A DNA stretch of 64,000 nt from Escherichia coli (GCF_041248615.1 NZ_CP158426.1); one strand, 5' to 3'; shown: positions 12,482 through 26,477, counted from the stretch's first letter. Numbers and translations: made by a program. The notes: a model not told the origin generated them from the sequence alone.

Positions 12482-13433
12482 CTTTCCAGTCGAACGTGAC
12501 AGGTTCGCCGTCACGAATAAAACAAAGCCCTTCGATATCGGCGGTCATTTGCCCGATACAGGTAAACGGTACGCCCAGATGACCGAGAGCCACATCCAGC
12601 GCGCCACGGTTCAGTTCCGGCACCGTGAAACACAACTCGTAATCTTCACCGCCAGAGAGCGCCCAGCGCAGCGCCTGTTCCGGCTCAACATGGCGAGAAA
12701 GCGCATCAGAAAACGGCAGCAATCCCAGGTCAATACGTGCGCCGCAGTCGCTGGCTTTCACGATATGCCCGAGATCGGAAATCAGACCGTCAGAGAGATC
12801 GATAGCTGAATTTACCAGATCGCGCAGTGCCTGTCCCTGTAAAATACGCGGAGATGGACGGAGATGACGTTTGATCAAGTAGTCCGCATCTTTTACATCG
12901 GCAACCTGCAAACGGTTTTGCAAAATCGCCAGCCCGGCGGCGCTATCGCCCGGTGTACCGGTCACATAGATCCAGTCACCCGGTTTCGCCCCAGCGCGCG
13001 TTAAGGCTCGTCCCATCGGAACAAAGCCGTGGATACCCAGCGTCATTGATAATGGCCCACGCGTGGTATCGCCGCCAATGAGTTGCATATCGTAATAATT
13101 GAGAAGATCAAACAAACTGTCGCTGAAGGACTCAAGCCACGCTTCGTCGACGTCCGGTAAGGTTAATGCCAGCGTCAGCCAGGCTGGATCGGCCCCCATC
13201 GCTGCCAGATCGCTTAGGTTCACCGCCAGTGCTTTATACGCCAGATCAGCAGGATCGATATCAGGGAGGAAGTGGTTGCCCGCCACCAGCGTATCAGTGC
13301 TGATCGCCAGGGTCTGTTTCTCGGGGATATTGAGAAGTGCGCAATCGTCGCCAATGCCCAGTTCGACATCAAGGCGAGAACTTCTTACACGGTCAAAATA
13401 ACGGGCAATCAGGGAGAACTCGCCACATGCCAT
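12456..13433 (-). CDS. thiL: thiamine-monophosphate kinase
   Basis: 325-aa product [13 protein letters not shown]... Confidence 0.9.
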
Positions 13434-13510
13434 ACGTTATGCCTCAGCAGGTAAAAAAGAAAAGGCCGGCGATCGCGGAACGGTCTTCCGTGAATCTACC
13501 GGCCTGGATA

Positions 13511-13930
13511 TCACTTTTTGTTAGGGCGAATCACAGGTGCTGCTTTATCGAGTACGCCGTTGACGAACTTATGGCTGTCTTCTGCGCCGAACGATTTCGC
13601 AAGTTCGATCGCTTCGTTAATGGCCACTTTGTATGGCACATCGCTACGTTTAGACAGCTCGTACAGCGCAATGCGCAGTACTGCTTTTTCTACCTGGCCC
13701 AGTTCTTCCAGCAGGCGGGACAGGTATGGCTTCATCAGTCCGTCGAGGTATGCGGTGTTAGTCGCCACCCCGGCCAGCAGCTCACGGAAGTACAGGACGT
13801 CAACGTCTTTTACATCCTGTTCAGCCAGGAACTGGTATTCAACATCAGCGATGTCGTTCTGGGACAACTGCCAGGAGTAGAGAGCCTGGACGGCACACTC
13901 ACGAGCGCGGCGACGAGCAGCAGGTTTCAC
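13511..13930 (-). CDS. nusB: transcription antitermination factor NusB
   Basis: 139-aa product [23 protein letters not shown]... Confidence 0.95.
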
Positions 13931-13949
13931 GGATTTCCCCTTACTAATT

Positions 13950-14420
13950 TCAGGCCTTGATGGCTTTCAATACATTAATCATTTCAAGCGCGGTCAGTGC
14001 AGCTTCTGCACCTTTGTTGCCAGCTTTGGTGCCAGCACGTTCGATCGCTTGTTCAATGCTTTCAGTGGTCAGAACACCAAAAGCAACCGGAATTTCGCTG
14101 TCCTGGGCAACATGCGCCAGGCCGTTGCTTGCACCACCAGCGACATATTCAAAGTGGGCAGTGCCACCACGAATAACCGTACCCAGCGCAATCACCGCGT
14201 CGTATTTACCGGTTTTAGCCAGTGCACCCGCCGCCAGCGGCAGCTCATAGGCACCAGGCACCCAAACAACGGTAATGTTTTCATCTTTTACCTGACCGAT
14301 ACGTTTCAGTGCATCAATTGCACCTTCCAGCAGGCTGTCATTGATAAAGTTGTTGAAACGCGCGATGGTGATGGCGACGCGAGCGTCCGGGGTAGCAACG
14401 TTAGCTTCAATAATGTTCAT
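13950..14420 (-). CDS. ribE: 6,7-dimethyl-8-ribityllumazine synthase
   Basis: 156-aa product [23 protein letters not shown]...; ORF-track frame trimmed to this start. Confidence 0.9.
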
Positions 14421-14508
14421 TTTCTTCCTTCGGGTTCGAGTATGGCCCCGCAGGGGGGCGGATTTTAGCATAATATTTCGTGCGCTGCTTCCCTTTCGAG
14501 CCGGGAGA

Positions 14509-15612
14509 TCATGCACCCACTAAATGCAGGCAAACATCCGGGCCTACATGACGTATCTCTTTGAATTTAAATTGGAGGGCGTCAGCTAATTTCTCAAGCC
14601 CTGGTAGTATGCATAATCCACGGGCGTCGCTGCCTAATAGTTTAGGTGCGATATAGACAATCAGCTCATCGACTAAACCCGCCTGCAGCAATGCGCCAGC
14701 GAGCGTTGGCCCCGCTTCCACCCAGATGCTGTTAATTTGCTGTTTACCCAGTTGCATCATTAGTACAACCAGATCCAGATGACCTTTATGCTCTGGAATC
14801 AGCAAGGTACGCACCGTTTCCGGCCACTCACGAGAATCTTCCTGCGTACGCGCGAACCAGGTTTCGCCGGGCTGCTGCACAATGCGATGTTCCGGCGTCA
14901 CGCGATTTTGGCTATCAATCACAATACGTACCGGCTGGCGGAGATTGTGTTGCGGGTAGAGCCCCTGAGTTTGTTCATCCAGTTCAGACCAACGCACCGT
15001 TAAGGCCGGATCATCCGCCAGCACCGTGGCACTGCTGGTTAAAATGGCATGACTTTGTGCGCGCAGTCGTTGTACATCGAGTCGCGCCTGAGGCGAAGTG
15101 ATCCACTGGCTTTCGCCACTCTCCATCGCCGTGCGACCATCAAGCGATGCGCCAAGTTTTAACTGAATATAAGGAAAGCCGGTGCGCATCCGCTTGAGAA
15201 AGCCTTTATTCAATTGCTCGGCTTCACTCATCATCAGGCCGTGGCTGACGTCAATACCAGCCTGTTGCAGGCGATATAGCCCTCGCCCAGCTACCTGCGG
15301 GTTAGGATCTTGCATCGAGGCAACCACGCGCGCCACGCCCGCAGCAATTAATGCATCACAACACGGTGGCGTACGACCATGATGGCTACAGGGTTCGAGT
15401 GTGACATACGCCGTTGCGCCTTTGGCTTTTTCGCCAGCCATGCGCAACGCGTGTACCTCGGCATGCGGTTCACCCGCTCGTTGGTGGTAACCTTCACCGA
15501 CAATTTCGCCATCTTTGACAATGACGCACCCGACATTCGGGTTGGGATGCGTGGTAAAACGTCCTCGTTGCGCCAGCTTTAGCGCCCGCGCCATGTAATA
15601 CTCGTCCTGCAC
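14509..15612 (-). CDS. ribD: bifunctional riboflavin biosynthesis deaminase/reductase
   Basis: 367-aa product; CMP/dCMP deaminase zinc motifs ([18 protein letters not shown]). Confidence 0.9.
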
Positions 15613-15615
15613 GGC

Positions 15616-16101
<486 letters not shown>

Positions 16102-16344
16102 TTACCCTGAACTGACGATACAACAAAGGCGCAACGCTTTTGAGATAAAGGATCGATGCTTTCACTGCTTTTACCCTCTACCATTAGGCTAATTGCGACG
16201 AGAAAGGGACGACCTATGAATACTAACGTTTTTCGACTGCTCCTGCTGGGAAGCCTGTTCAGCCTTAGCGCCTGTGTGCAGCAAAGCGAAGTGCGACAGA
16301 TGAAACACAGCGTCAGCACGCTGAACCAGGAGATGACGCAACTC

Positions 16345-18092
16345 ATTGACATCCTCCACGCCCTGAAGGACGTGGATCCCTGCTACGTTCAGGCTGTCGC
16401 CTGAATCATTTCGGTGGGTTCCTGCTTCAACGGGCGGCCTGACTGCACCATCCCTCCACAGGCAAGAACGGCGTGCCCCGCCGCTAAAATGTTACGAGCG
16501 CCATTTACATCGGCGTTCGCTGTATATCCACATACCTGGCATCTGAATTTACTTTGTGACAGGCGATTTTCTTTCGCTGTATGACCACAGCACGTGCAAC
16601 GCTGGCTTGTGTACGCTGGCGAAACAGCAAGCACCTGACCGCCACGCCAGAGCTGCTTGTACTCAAGCTGGCGGCGCATTTCATACCAGCCCTGATCCAG
16701 TATCGAACGGTTTAAACCTGATTTTGCCCGGACATTGCGCCCCGGCTGGCTGACCGTACCCGCTGCTGACTTTGACATGTTGCTGACCTTCAAATCCTCA
16801 ATGACTATCATTGCGTGGTTTTTGCTGACGGTCGTTGTGACTTTGTGAAGGTAGTCCCTGCGGATATTTGCGATACGGGAATGCAGTCGCTGTATTTTGC
16901 GTTTCTGCTTCTGCCAGTTGTTGCTGAATTTGACCTTGCGGCTTAACTGTCGCTGAAGTCTCGCCAGCGTCTTCTGGTTTTTCTGAAAACTGTTTACAGG
17001 CTCAAAGACTGTGCCATCTGACAGCGTGGCGAGTTTAGCCACGCCAGCATCCAGCCCGACCATTGATGCTGAAGGGTGAACCGGAGTTGATACTTCACTT
17101 TCTGTCTGAATACTGATGTGCCACTTACCGCAGGACTGGCTGACCGTGACATTTTTCACAACACCCGTGACCTGACGGCTATTCCGGTAGCGCATCCAGC
17201 CCAGTTTCGGCAGAAAAATACGGCTGTTTTCCTGATCGAGCTTAACGCCCTGCGGGTAGCGGAATGCATCATTCTGTCCCCGCTTTTTGAATCGGGGAAA
17301 AGCAGCCCGCTTCTGGAAGAAGTTTTTGTAAGCCCGCTCAAGGTCTTTCAGTGACTGTTGCAATGGCTGTGACGGGGCATCTTTAAGCCATTGCGTTTCA
17401 GTGGCATTTTTCCACTCAACCAGCCAGGAAGCCATTTTCCCGTAAGGGATGTATTTATTACCGGCCTCATGATTCTCATTCTGAAGCGCCAGAGCACGAT
17501 TGAAAACGAAACGACATGCGCCTGCGAAGCGCCTCATTTCACACTCCTGTTGACCACCTGGTCTTAACTGGAATTTAAATGCCTGTAATCGTTTCACAGG
17601 TCAAATGATACTTTGGTCTATGAAAAAAGAAACCGATATCCGGCGTGGAAGGCATTGTGTTTTCCTGATGCATGTTCACCTGGTCTTTGTCACCAAATAC
17701 CGACGCCAGATTTTTGACCATGACGCGACAGAAAAACTACGCACTTACTTTTCAAATGTATGTGCTGATTTTGAAGCTGAACTGGTTGAAATGGATGGCG
17801 AACCAGATCACGTCCATTTGTTAATTAACTATCCTCCCAAACTGGCGATATCCAGTCTGGTAAACAGCCTCAAAGGCGTATCGGGTAGGTGACTGCGACG
17901 AGATCGACCAGATATTGCAGTCAGGTATTACTACAAAGGCGTTTTGTGGAGTCCTGGCTATTTTGCCAGTAGCTGCGGAGGTGCGCCAATATCCGTCATC
18001 CGCCAATACATTGAACAACAGCAAACACCTGGTCAGGTGGAAAACCGCGCCTTATATCCCCGCCCTGAAGGACGGGGTTTTACGGCGCACCG
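16345..18092 (-). mobile_element. IS200/IS605-family insertion sequence (divergent tnpA/tnpB), boundaries approximate
   Basis: HuH (Y1) transposase gene plus TnpB gene; similar subterminal hairpins near both ends (16356-16375 CCACG-CCCTGAAGGA-CGTGG; 18058-18077 CCCCG-CCCTGAAGGA-CGGGG); no terminal inverted repeats. Confidence 0.75.
16389..17597 (-). CDS. tnpB: TnpB (IS200/IS605 OrfB; RuvC-like RNA-guided nuclease family)
   Basis: 402-aa ORF; N-terminus ...AFKFQLRPG...RFVFNRAL typical of TnpB; C-terminal CxxC...CxxC zinc finger (CTCCGH...CQVCGY) and RuvC-III-like NGARNI. Confidence 0.85.
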   Translation of the reverse strand: MKRLQAFKFQLRPGGQQECEMRRFAGACRFVFNRALALQNENHEAGNKYIPYGKMASWLVEWKNATETQWLKDAPSQPLQQSLKDLERAYKNFFQKRAAFPRFKKRGQNDAFRYPQGVKLDQENSRIFLPKLGWMRYRNSRQVTGVVKNVTVSQSCGKWHISIQTESEVSTPVHPSASMVGLDAGVAKLATLSDGTVFEPVNSFQKNQKTLARLQRQLSRKVKFSNNWQKQKRKIQRLHSRIANIRRDYLHKVTTTVSKNHAMIVIEDLKVSNMSKSAAGTVSQPGRNVRAKSGLNRSILDQGWYEMRRQLEYKQLWRGGQVLAVSPAYTSQRCTCCGHTAKENRLSQSKFRCQVCGYTANADVNGARNILAAGHAVLACGGMVQSGRPLKQEPTEMIQATA

Positions 18093-18132
18093 GATAAAGA
18101 AACAGTCAAAATCACTCAGCAAAACAGGCTGA
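17605..18132 (+). pseudogene. tnpA: IS200-type HuH transposase TnpA with in-frame TGA at 17890-17892
   Basis: N-terminal part has HuH motif (DHVHLLI); same frame continues after the TGA with the C-terminal tyrosine region LWSPGYFASSCGGAPISVIRQYIEQQ; frame reads past the element end into yajI. Confidence 0.7.
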
Positions 18133-18800
18133 ATGCAAAATCCAGCAGTGGGGTTTACCTTCTGCCTGGAGCGAAAACACCAGCAAGACTGGAAAGCCAG
18201 ATCGGTACTTTACGTATGTCGCTGGTGAATATTACGCCTGATACAGATGGCACCACCCTGACGCTACGTATTCAGGGCGAGTCGAATGATCCCTTGCCCG
18301 CATTCAGCGGAACTGTTGAATATGGGCAAATTCAGGGAACAATAGACAACTTTCAGGAAATCAATGTGCAGAATCAATTGATTAACGCCCCTGCCAGCGT
18401 CCTCGCCCCCAGCGATGTTGATATTCCGTTACAGTTAAAGGGTATTTCTGTGGATCAGTTAGGCTTTGTACGTATCCACGACATTCAACCTGTTATGCAG
18501 TAAACGTTTCGCGGGGCGTTTTGTGCGTCCCGCAACATCTTTCCCCGTCATTTTGTTACTCTGCTTACATCACCCAGATTGATAGTAAAAGTTTGCAACA
18601 AGGGTGAAAGTCAGTACAATCCCCGCCCGAATGTGTGTAAACGTGAACGCAATCGATTACGTAAATGATAGAACTGTGAAACGAAACATATTTTTGTGAG
18701 CAATGATTTTTATAATAGGCTCCTCTGTATACGAAATATTTAGAAACGCAATTTGCGCCTTTTTCACTCCCGCAAGGGATTTTCAAACAGTGGCATACAT

Positions 18801-19685
18801 ATGAAAAAAACATTACTGGCAGCCGGTGCGGTACTGGCGCTCTCTTCGTCTTTTACTGTCAACGCAGCTGAAAACGACAAACCGCAGTATCTTTCCGACT
18901 GGTGGCACCAGAGCGTTAACGTTGTCGGAAGCTATCACACCCGTTTCGGACCGCAGATCCGCAACGATACCTACCTTGAGTACGAAGCATTCGCTAAAAA
19001 AGACTGGTTCGACTTCTATGGTTATGCGGATGCGCCGGTATTCTTCGGCGGTAACTCCGATGCAAAAGGTATCTGGAACCACGGTTCTCCGCTGTTTATG
19101 GAAATCGAACCACGTTTCTCCATCGACAAGCTGACCAATACTGACCTTAGCTTTGGTCCGTTCAAAGAGTGGTACTTCGCGAACAACTACATTTACGACA
19201 TGGGTCGTAATAAAGATGGTCGCCAGAGCACCTGGTACATGGGTCTGGGTACCGATATCGATACTGGCCTGCCGATGAGCCTGTCCATGAACGTCTATGC
19301 GAAATACCAGTGGCAGAACTATGGCGCAGCGAATGAAAACGAGTGGGACGGTTACCGTTTCAAAATTAAATACTTTGTGCCGATTACCGATCTGTGGGGC
19401 GGTCAGCTGAGCTACATCGGCTTCACCAACTTCGACTGGGGTTCCGATTTAGGGGATGACAGCGGTAATGCAATCAACGGTATTAAGACCCGTACCAATA
19501 ACTCCATCGCTTCCAGCCATATTCTGGCTCTGAACTACGATCACTGGCACTACTCTGTCGTAGCTCGTTACTGGCACGACGGTGGTCAGTGGAACGACGA
19601 TGCAGAACTGAACTTCGGCAACGGCAACTTCAACGTTCGCTCTACCGGCTGGGGTGGTTACCTGGTAGTAGGTTACAACTTCTGA
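18801..19685 (+). CDS. tsx: nucleoside-specific outer membrane channel Tsx
   Basis: 294-aa product from ATG 18801; signal peptide [23 protein letters not shown]-terminal aromatic beta-barrel end. Confidence 0.9.
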
Positions 19686-19692
19686 TGAATGA

Positions 19693-19724
19693 AATGCCGG
19701 ATCTTGTATCCGGCATTTCAGTTT
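19693..19724 (+). terminator. rho-independent terminator after tsx
   Basis: stem GCCGGAT/ATCCGGC then TTTCAGTTT. Confidence 0.65.
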
Positions 19725-19729
19725 GTTAA

Positions 19730-19850
<121 letters not shown>

Positions 19851-19861
19851 TTGCGTTTTAA

Positions 19862-20209
19862 TCACTTCTTCTTATTCATCATCGCTTTTAAATCAGCGAA
19901 TGGGTTGTACTTCGCTTCACCGACATCTTTCTGCGCATCTTCCCCTGCGATAACGGTCGTACCATACTGATCTGCTTCGGTATATTTTGAATGCTCGTGA
20001 TCGTGGCAATAAAGACACAATAACTCCCAGTTACTGCCGTCTTCCGGGTTATTGGTATGGTCGTGATCAATGTGGTGAACGGTAAGTTCACGCAGGTTGG
20101 AATAAACAAACTCGCGAGAACAGCGACCGCAGACCCACGGATAGATTTTTAATGCTTTTTCGCGATAACCGCTTTCTAACCGCGCATAGTTTTTTGGGAT
20201 GATAGCCAT
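19862..20209 (-). CDS. yajD: HNH nuclease family protein YajD
   Basis: 115-aa product; HNH motif (VHHIDHDHTNN...HDHEH). Confidence 0.85.
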   Translation of the reverse strand: MAIIPKNYARLESGYREKALKIYPWVCGRCSREFVYSNLRELTVHHIDHDHTNNPEDGSNWELLCLYCHDHEHSKYTEADQYGTTVIAGEDAQKDVGEAKYNPFADLKAMMNKKK

Positions 20210-20337
20210 GAAAAGTTACCTGGATGAAATGTAGGGTTACGCGCAGTTTCCCAAGATGCGGGGATTTTCGCAATCTCCATACATCAAAAAAAATCCCGAT
20301 CTTCTGACCGGGATTTTCAACATCAACGGGAACTTGA

Positions 20338-21309
20338 TTACGGCAGAATTGACGGCTGATCCGCCCCTTCTTTTTCCACTTTCTGCTGCAGCATGTGTTC
20401 GCGCTTCATACCCAGTTTCAGAGCCAGCGCCGATGCTACGTAGATGGAAGATGCAGTACCGATGGAAACACCAATCAGCATGGTCAGCGAGAAGCCTTCC
20501 AGTACCGGACCACCGAAGAGGTACAGCATCAGGATAACCATCAAGGTAGTACCGGATGTGATCAAGGTACGGTGCAGCGTCTGGGTCAAGGACACGTTAA
20601 AGATTTCGTAAGGCGTACCGCGACGGATCTTGCGGAAGTTTTCACGAATTCGGTCCGATACCACGATACTGTCGTTAAGCGAGTAACCGATAACCGACAT
20701 CAACGATGCCACAATGGTCAGGTCAATCTCGATATGGAATAACGACAAAATACCCAGCGTAATGATAACGTCGTGCGCCAGCGCAATAACAACCCCTGCC
20801 GCCAGTCGCCACTCAAAGCGGAAACCTACGTACACGAGGATAGACAGCAGCGCCGCCATCAACGCCATCGCACCGGTTTGCGCAAGGTCTGCCCCCACGC
20901 TCGGACCGACGAACTCAATACGCTTCACTGCCGCATTCTGATTGGTGGATTCGTTAATCACCTTCAGAACCTGGCTGCCCAGCACCTGACCGCCGGTTTC
21001 GCCTTCAGCAGGCGGCATACGGACCATGATGTCGTGGCTGCTACCAAAGTTTTGCAGCATCGGCTCTTCAAAACCGGCTTTTTGCAATGCATCACGCATT
21101 ACGTCAATTTCAGCCGGTTTTTCGAGCGTAATTTCGATAACCGTACCACCGGTGAAATCCAGCCCCCAGTTAAAGCCGCGCACGCCCATAATAACGATAG
21201 CGGCGATTAACAGCAGACCAGAGATGCCAAAAGCCCAGTAGTCCCAGCGCATAAAGTCATAGACTTTACGGCCGTGGTTTAGTTGTTCAACAGTATATTC
21301 CTGTGCCAC
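20338..21309 (-). CDS. secF: protein translocase subunit SecF
   Basis: 323-aa product beginning (GTG) [21 protein letters not shown]... Confidence 0.9.
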
Positions 21310-21319
21310 ATCGCACTCC

Positions 21320-23167
21320 TCAGATTGACAGCTTCTTGACGCGCTTGCCGCCATATAGCAGGTTTACGATGGCACGCGTACCGACAATTGCGGTAAACAT
21401 CGACGTCGCCACACCGATACCGGTAGTAATCGCGAACCCTTTAATTGCCCCGGTACCCACTGCGTACAGGATGATGACTTTAATCAGCGTGGTGATGTTC
21501 GCATCGAAGATAGAACTGAATGCGCCACGATAACCTTCATCAATTGCCTGTTGAACAGTACGTCCGTTGCTCAACTCTTCTTTAATACGTTCGTTGATAA
21601 GTACGTTCGCATCGACCGCTACCGCAAGGGTTAAGACGATACCCGCGATACCTGGCATACTCAGCGTTGCGCCTGGCAACAGCGACATAATGCCGACAAT
21701 CAAGATCAAGTTGGCAATCAGAGCACTGGTCGCAATCAGACCAAACTTCTTATAGAAGATGATCATGAACAGAATAGAAACCAGCAGACCGGCAAGGCAA
21801 GCCTCCAGCCCCTGCTCAATGTTCTGCATACCCAGGGTCGGGCCAATTGTACGTTCTTCAACAATCTGAATCGGCGCGATCAACGCACCGGCACGCAGCA
21901 GCAGTGACAGCTGACGGGCTTCGTTCGGGTTGTTGATGCCGGTGATACGGAAGCTGTTACCCAGACGAGACTGGATGTTGGCGATGTTAATCACTTCTTC
22001 CTGTTTCACCAGAACCGCACGACCGTTTGCATCTTTCTTACCGCTGTCTTTGTACTCCACAAACAGGGTCGCCATCGGTTTGCCGATGTTGTCCTTGGTG
22101 AAGTTAGACATGATGTTGCCACCAGCGCTGTCGAGCGAGATGTTAACCTGCGGCTGGTTGTATTCGTCCTGGCTGGAAGTGGAGTCGGTGATATGGTCAC
22201 CGGTCAGAATTACGCGTTTGTACAGCACAACCGGCTGACCTTCGCGGGTCTGTTTCACTTCAGAGTCGCCAGGTACGCGACCGGATGCCGCTGCGGCCTG
22301 ATCAACGTTAGTGTTTACCAGACGGAATTCCAGCGTTGCCGTCGCACCCAGAATCTCTTTCGCACGCGCGGTGTCCTGAATACCTGGCAGTTCAACAACG
22401 ATACGGTCAGCACCCTGACGCTGAACCACCGGCTCCGCCACACCAAGTTGGTTTACACGGTTACGCAGGATATTAATGTTCTGCTGCACCGCATATTCAC
22501 GCGCTTCACTCAGGCGAGCATCGCTCATTACCGCACGCAGCTGGTTGCTGCCCTGGCTACTAATCACCAGGTCCGGATGACGCTTGCTCAGATACGCAAT
22601 GGCTTCATCACGAGCTTTAGCATCGCGGAAAGTGATGCTCAGGCCGTAGTTGTTTTCTTTACGAACGGTGGTATACGGGATGCCCTTTTCGCGCAGGTCG
22701 CTGCGCAGGCTATCGATATTTTGTTCCTGGAGTTTGCCAAGCGCGGTGTCCATATCCACTTCCATCAGGAAGTGAACGCCGCCACGCAGGTCAAGTCCGA
22801 GCTTCATCGGCTCAGCGTGAATAGCTGCCAGCCAGCGCGGCGTTGCCGGGGCAAGGTTAAGCGCCACGACGTATTTGTCACCCATAACGCCCATTAATGC
22901 TTCACGAGCGCGCAGTTGGGTGTCAGTGGAGTCGAAGCGCGCAAGAATAGCGCCCTCTTCCAGTGCCACAGACTTAGCAGTTATTTTTTCTTCTTGTAAC
23001 GTTTTCTGGACCTGGATCAGCGTTTGCTCACTGGCGGCGACTCCGCGCGCACCAGTGATCTGAACAGCCGGATCCTCACCAAACAGGTTGGGAAGCGCAT
23101 ACAGCAGACCGATGACAATCACCACGATCAGCATGACGTACTTCCACAAAGGATAACGGTTTAACAC
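21320..23167 (-). CDS. secD: protein translocase subunit SecD
   Basis: 615-aa product [31 protein letters not shown]... Confidence 0.95.
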   Translation of the reverse strand: MLNRYPLWKYVMLIVVIVIGLLYALPNLFGEDPAVQITGARGVAASEQTLIQVQKTLQEEKITAKSVALEEGAILARFDSTDTQLRAREALMGVMGDKYVVALNLAPATPRWLAAIHAEPMKLGLDLRGGVHFLMEVDMDTALGKLQEQNIDSLRSDLREKGIPYTTVRKENNYGLSITFRDAKARDEAIAYLSKRHPDLVISSQGSNQLRAVMSDARLSEAREYAVQQNINILRNRVNQLGVAEPVVQRQGADRIVVELPGIQDTARAKEILGATATLEFRLVNTNVDQAAAASGRVPGDSEVKQTREGQPVVLYKRVILTGDHITDSTSSQDEYNQPQVNISLDSAGGNIMSNFTKDNIGKPMATLFVEYKDSGKKDANGRAVLVKQEEVINIANIQSRLGNSFRITGINNPNEARQLSLLLRAGALIAPIQIVEERTIGPTLGMQNIEQGLEACLAGLLVSILFMIIFYKKFGLIATSALIANLILIVGIMSLLPGATLSMPGIAGIVLTLAVAVDANVLINERIKEELSNGRTVQQAIDEGYRGAFSSIFDANITTLIKVIILYAVGTGAIKGFAITTGIGVATSMFTAIVGTRAIVNLLYGGKRVKKLSI

Positions 23168-23194
23168 GGCAATTCCCTTAGGGAAAAATTTTAA

Positions 23195-23527
23195 TTACAG
23201 CGCCTTCATGGTGCCTTTCGGCAGGACGGCAGCTACGAAGTCACGTTTAATAACTACTTCAGTGGTGTCATTCAGCGCGATAGCAATGTAGCCGTTTTCC
23301 GCTACTTTGGTTACGCGACCAACCAGGCCACCGTTCGTCAGAACTTCATCACCTTTGGCAATGGAGTCCATCAGCTTTTTGTGTTCTTTGGTGCGCTTCT
23401 GCTGTGGACGCAGGATCATGAAATAGAAAATCAGACCGAATACCACCAGCATCAAAATCAAAGACATCGGGCTACCTTGCGCCGGTGCACCCGTTGCCGC
23501 TACCGCATCAGAAATAAAAAAGCTCAT
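23195..23527 (-). CDS. yajC: Sec translocon accessory subunit YajC
   Basis: 110-aa product MSFFISDAVAATGAPAQGSPMS... Confidence 0.9.
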   Translation of the reverse strand: MSFFISDAVAATGAPAQGSPMSLILMLVVFGLIFYFMILRPQQKRTKEHKKLMDSIAKGDEVLTNGGLVGRVTKVAENGYIAIALNDTTEVVIKRDFVAAVLPKGTMKAL

Positions 23528-23549
23528 TAAATTTCCCTCATTATTAATA

Positions 23550-24692
<1,143 letters not shown>

Positions 24693-24732
24693 TCAGAAAA
24701 ACAGTCCAACGTTTTAAACCAGCGCCGCGGAA

Positions 24733-25803
24733 TTACTCCCCGACGCGCTCATTAATTGCCTGCGGATTGTACGTGATAAACATCGCATCACCGTAACTAA
24801 AAAAGCGATATTTCTCTTCTACCGCTGCTTTATAGGCATTCATGGTGTGTTGGTAACCGGCAAAGGCCGAAACCAGCATAATCAACGTCGATTCCGGCAG
24901 GTGGAAGTTAGTCACCAGCGCATCGACCACTTTGTACTGGAAGCCCGGATAGATAAAGATTTGGGTATCGTCAAAGAACGGTTCGATGAGATCGTTTTTC
25001 GCCGCCTGAGCCGCGCTTTCCAGCGAACGTACTGAGGTGGTGCCAACCGCAATCACCCGGTTACCGCGCGCTTTCGCCGCCAGTACCGCGTCTACCACAT
25101 CCTGCGGCACTTCAGCGTATTCCGAGTGCATGATGTGATCTTCAATGGTGTCGACGCGCACCGGCTGGAAGGTGCCCGCACCAACGTGCAACGTCACAAA
25201 CGCCATCTCCACGCCTTTGGCGCGTAATTTTTCCAGCAAAGGCTCGTCAAAATGCAGACCAGCGGTCGGGGCTGCAACCGCGCCCGGTTTTTCGCTATAA
25301 ACTGTTTGATAAAGTTCGCGGTCAGCGTCTTCGTCCGGACGGTCGATATACGGCGGCAGCGGCATATGGCCGATGCTGTTAAGAATATCCAGCACCGAAC
25401 GATCATCATTAAATTCGACTTCAAACAGTGCGCCATGGCGCGCGGTCATTGTTGCGTTGATACTTTCGTCATCGCCCAGCAACAGTTCTGCGCCAGGTTT
25501 TGGCGCTTTCGAGGCACGAATATGCGCAAGAATGCGTTTGTCGTCGAGCATCCGCTCAACCAGCACTTCAATCTTGCCGCCACTGGCTTTACGCCCAAAC
25601 AGGCGCGCCGGGATCACGCGAGTATTATTAAAAACCAGAAGATCGCCGGGGTTGAGCTTATCGAGTAAATCGGTGAAAGTACCGTGCGTCAGCGCGCCCG
25701 TCGGCCCGTCCAGCGACAGTAAACGACAGCTACTGCGTTCAGGCATGGGATAGTGGGCAATCAGGGATTCGGGCAATTCAAAGGAGAAATCGGTAACGCG
25801 CAT
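24733..25803 (-). CDS. queA: S-adenosylmethionine:tRNA ribosyltransferase-isomerase
   Basis: 356-aa product [24 protein letters not shown]... Confidence 0.95.
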   Translation of the reverse strand: MRVTDFSFELPESLIAHYPMPERSSCRLLSLDGPTGALTHGTFTDLLDKLNPGDLLVFNNTRVIPARLFGRKASGGKIEVLVERMLDDKRILAHIRASKAPKPGAELLLGDDESINATMTARHGALFEVEFNDDRSVLDILNSIGHMPLPPYIDRPDEDADRELYQTVYSEKPGAVAAPTAGLHFDEPLLEKLRAKGVEMAFVTLHVGAGTFQPVRVDTIEDHIMHSEYAEVPQDVVDAVLAAKARGNRVIAVGTTSVRSLESAAQAAKNDLIEPFFDDTQIFIYPGFQYKVVDALVTNFHLPESTLIMLVSAFAGYQHTMNAYKAAVEEKYRFFSYGDAMFITYNPQAINERVGE

Positions 25804-25895
25804 GACACTGACTCAGACTAAAATAAGAGGCGGGTAGTCTAGTGCCGGGGCGCTCTCCCTGCAACCTTTACCCCCCTTTGGATAGAATATAATCG

Positions 25896-26477
25896 ATGAA
25901 TTTTTTAGCTCACCTGCATCTAGCTCACCTGGCGGAAAGCTCGCTTTCCGGCAATTTGCTGGCTGATTTCGTACGCGGAAATCCTGAAGAAAGTTTTCCG
26001 CCCGACGTCGTGGCTGGCATTCATATGCATCGGCGCATTGATGTACTAACCGACAATCTGCCGGAAGTCCGCGAAGCACGGGAATGGTTTCGTAGTGAAA
26101 CGCGCCGCGTTGCGCCTATTACCCTGGATGTCATGTGGGATCACTTTCTTTCCCGCCACTGGTCGCAGCTGTCGCCGGACTTTCCGCTACAGGAATTTGT
26201 CTGTTATGCCCGCGAGCAAGTGATGACGATTTTGCCGGACTCACCGCCACGTTTTATCAATCTGAACAATTACTTGTGGTCAGAGCAGTGGCTGGTGCGC
26301 TATCGAGATATGGATTTCATCCAGAACGTGTTAAACGGCATGGCAAGCCGTCGGCCACGTCTGGATGCCCTGCGTGACTCCTGGTACGATTTAGACGCCC
26401 ATTACGATGCCCTGGAAACCCGCTTCTGGCAGTTTTATCCGCGGATGATGGCACAGGCGTCACACAAGGCGCTCTGA
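25896..26477 (+). CDS. acpH: acyl carrier protein phosphodiesterase
   Basis: 193-aa product [25 protein letters not shown]... Confidence 0.9.

Larger units (their letters stand above)
16216..18503 (+). pseudogene. yajI: lipoprotein gene yajI interrupted by an IS200/IS605-family element
   Basis: 5' part 16216-16344 (43 codons, lipobox LSAC) and 3' part 18093-18503 (136 codons) rejoin in frame to the expected 179-aa product if about 16345-18092 is removed. Confidence 0.75.

Noticed and set aside
17890-17945. Apparent frameshift splitting tnpA into two ORFs
   Set aside because: Both pieces are in the same frame; the break is a single in-frame TGA, so it is a nonsense mutation rather than a frameshift.
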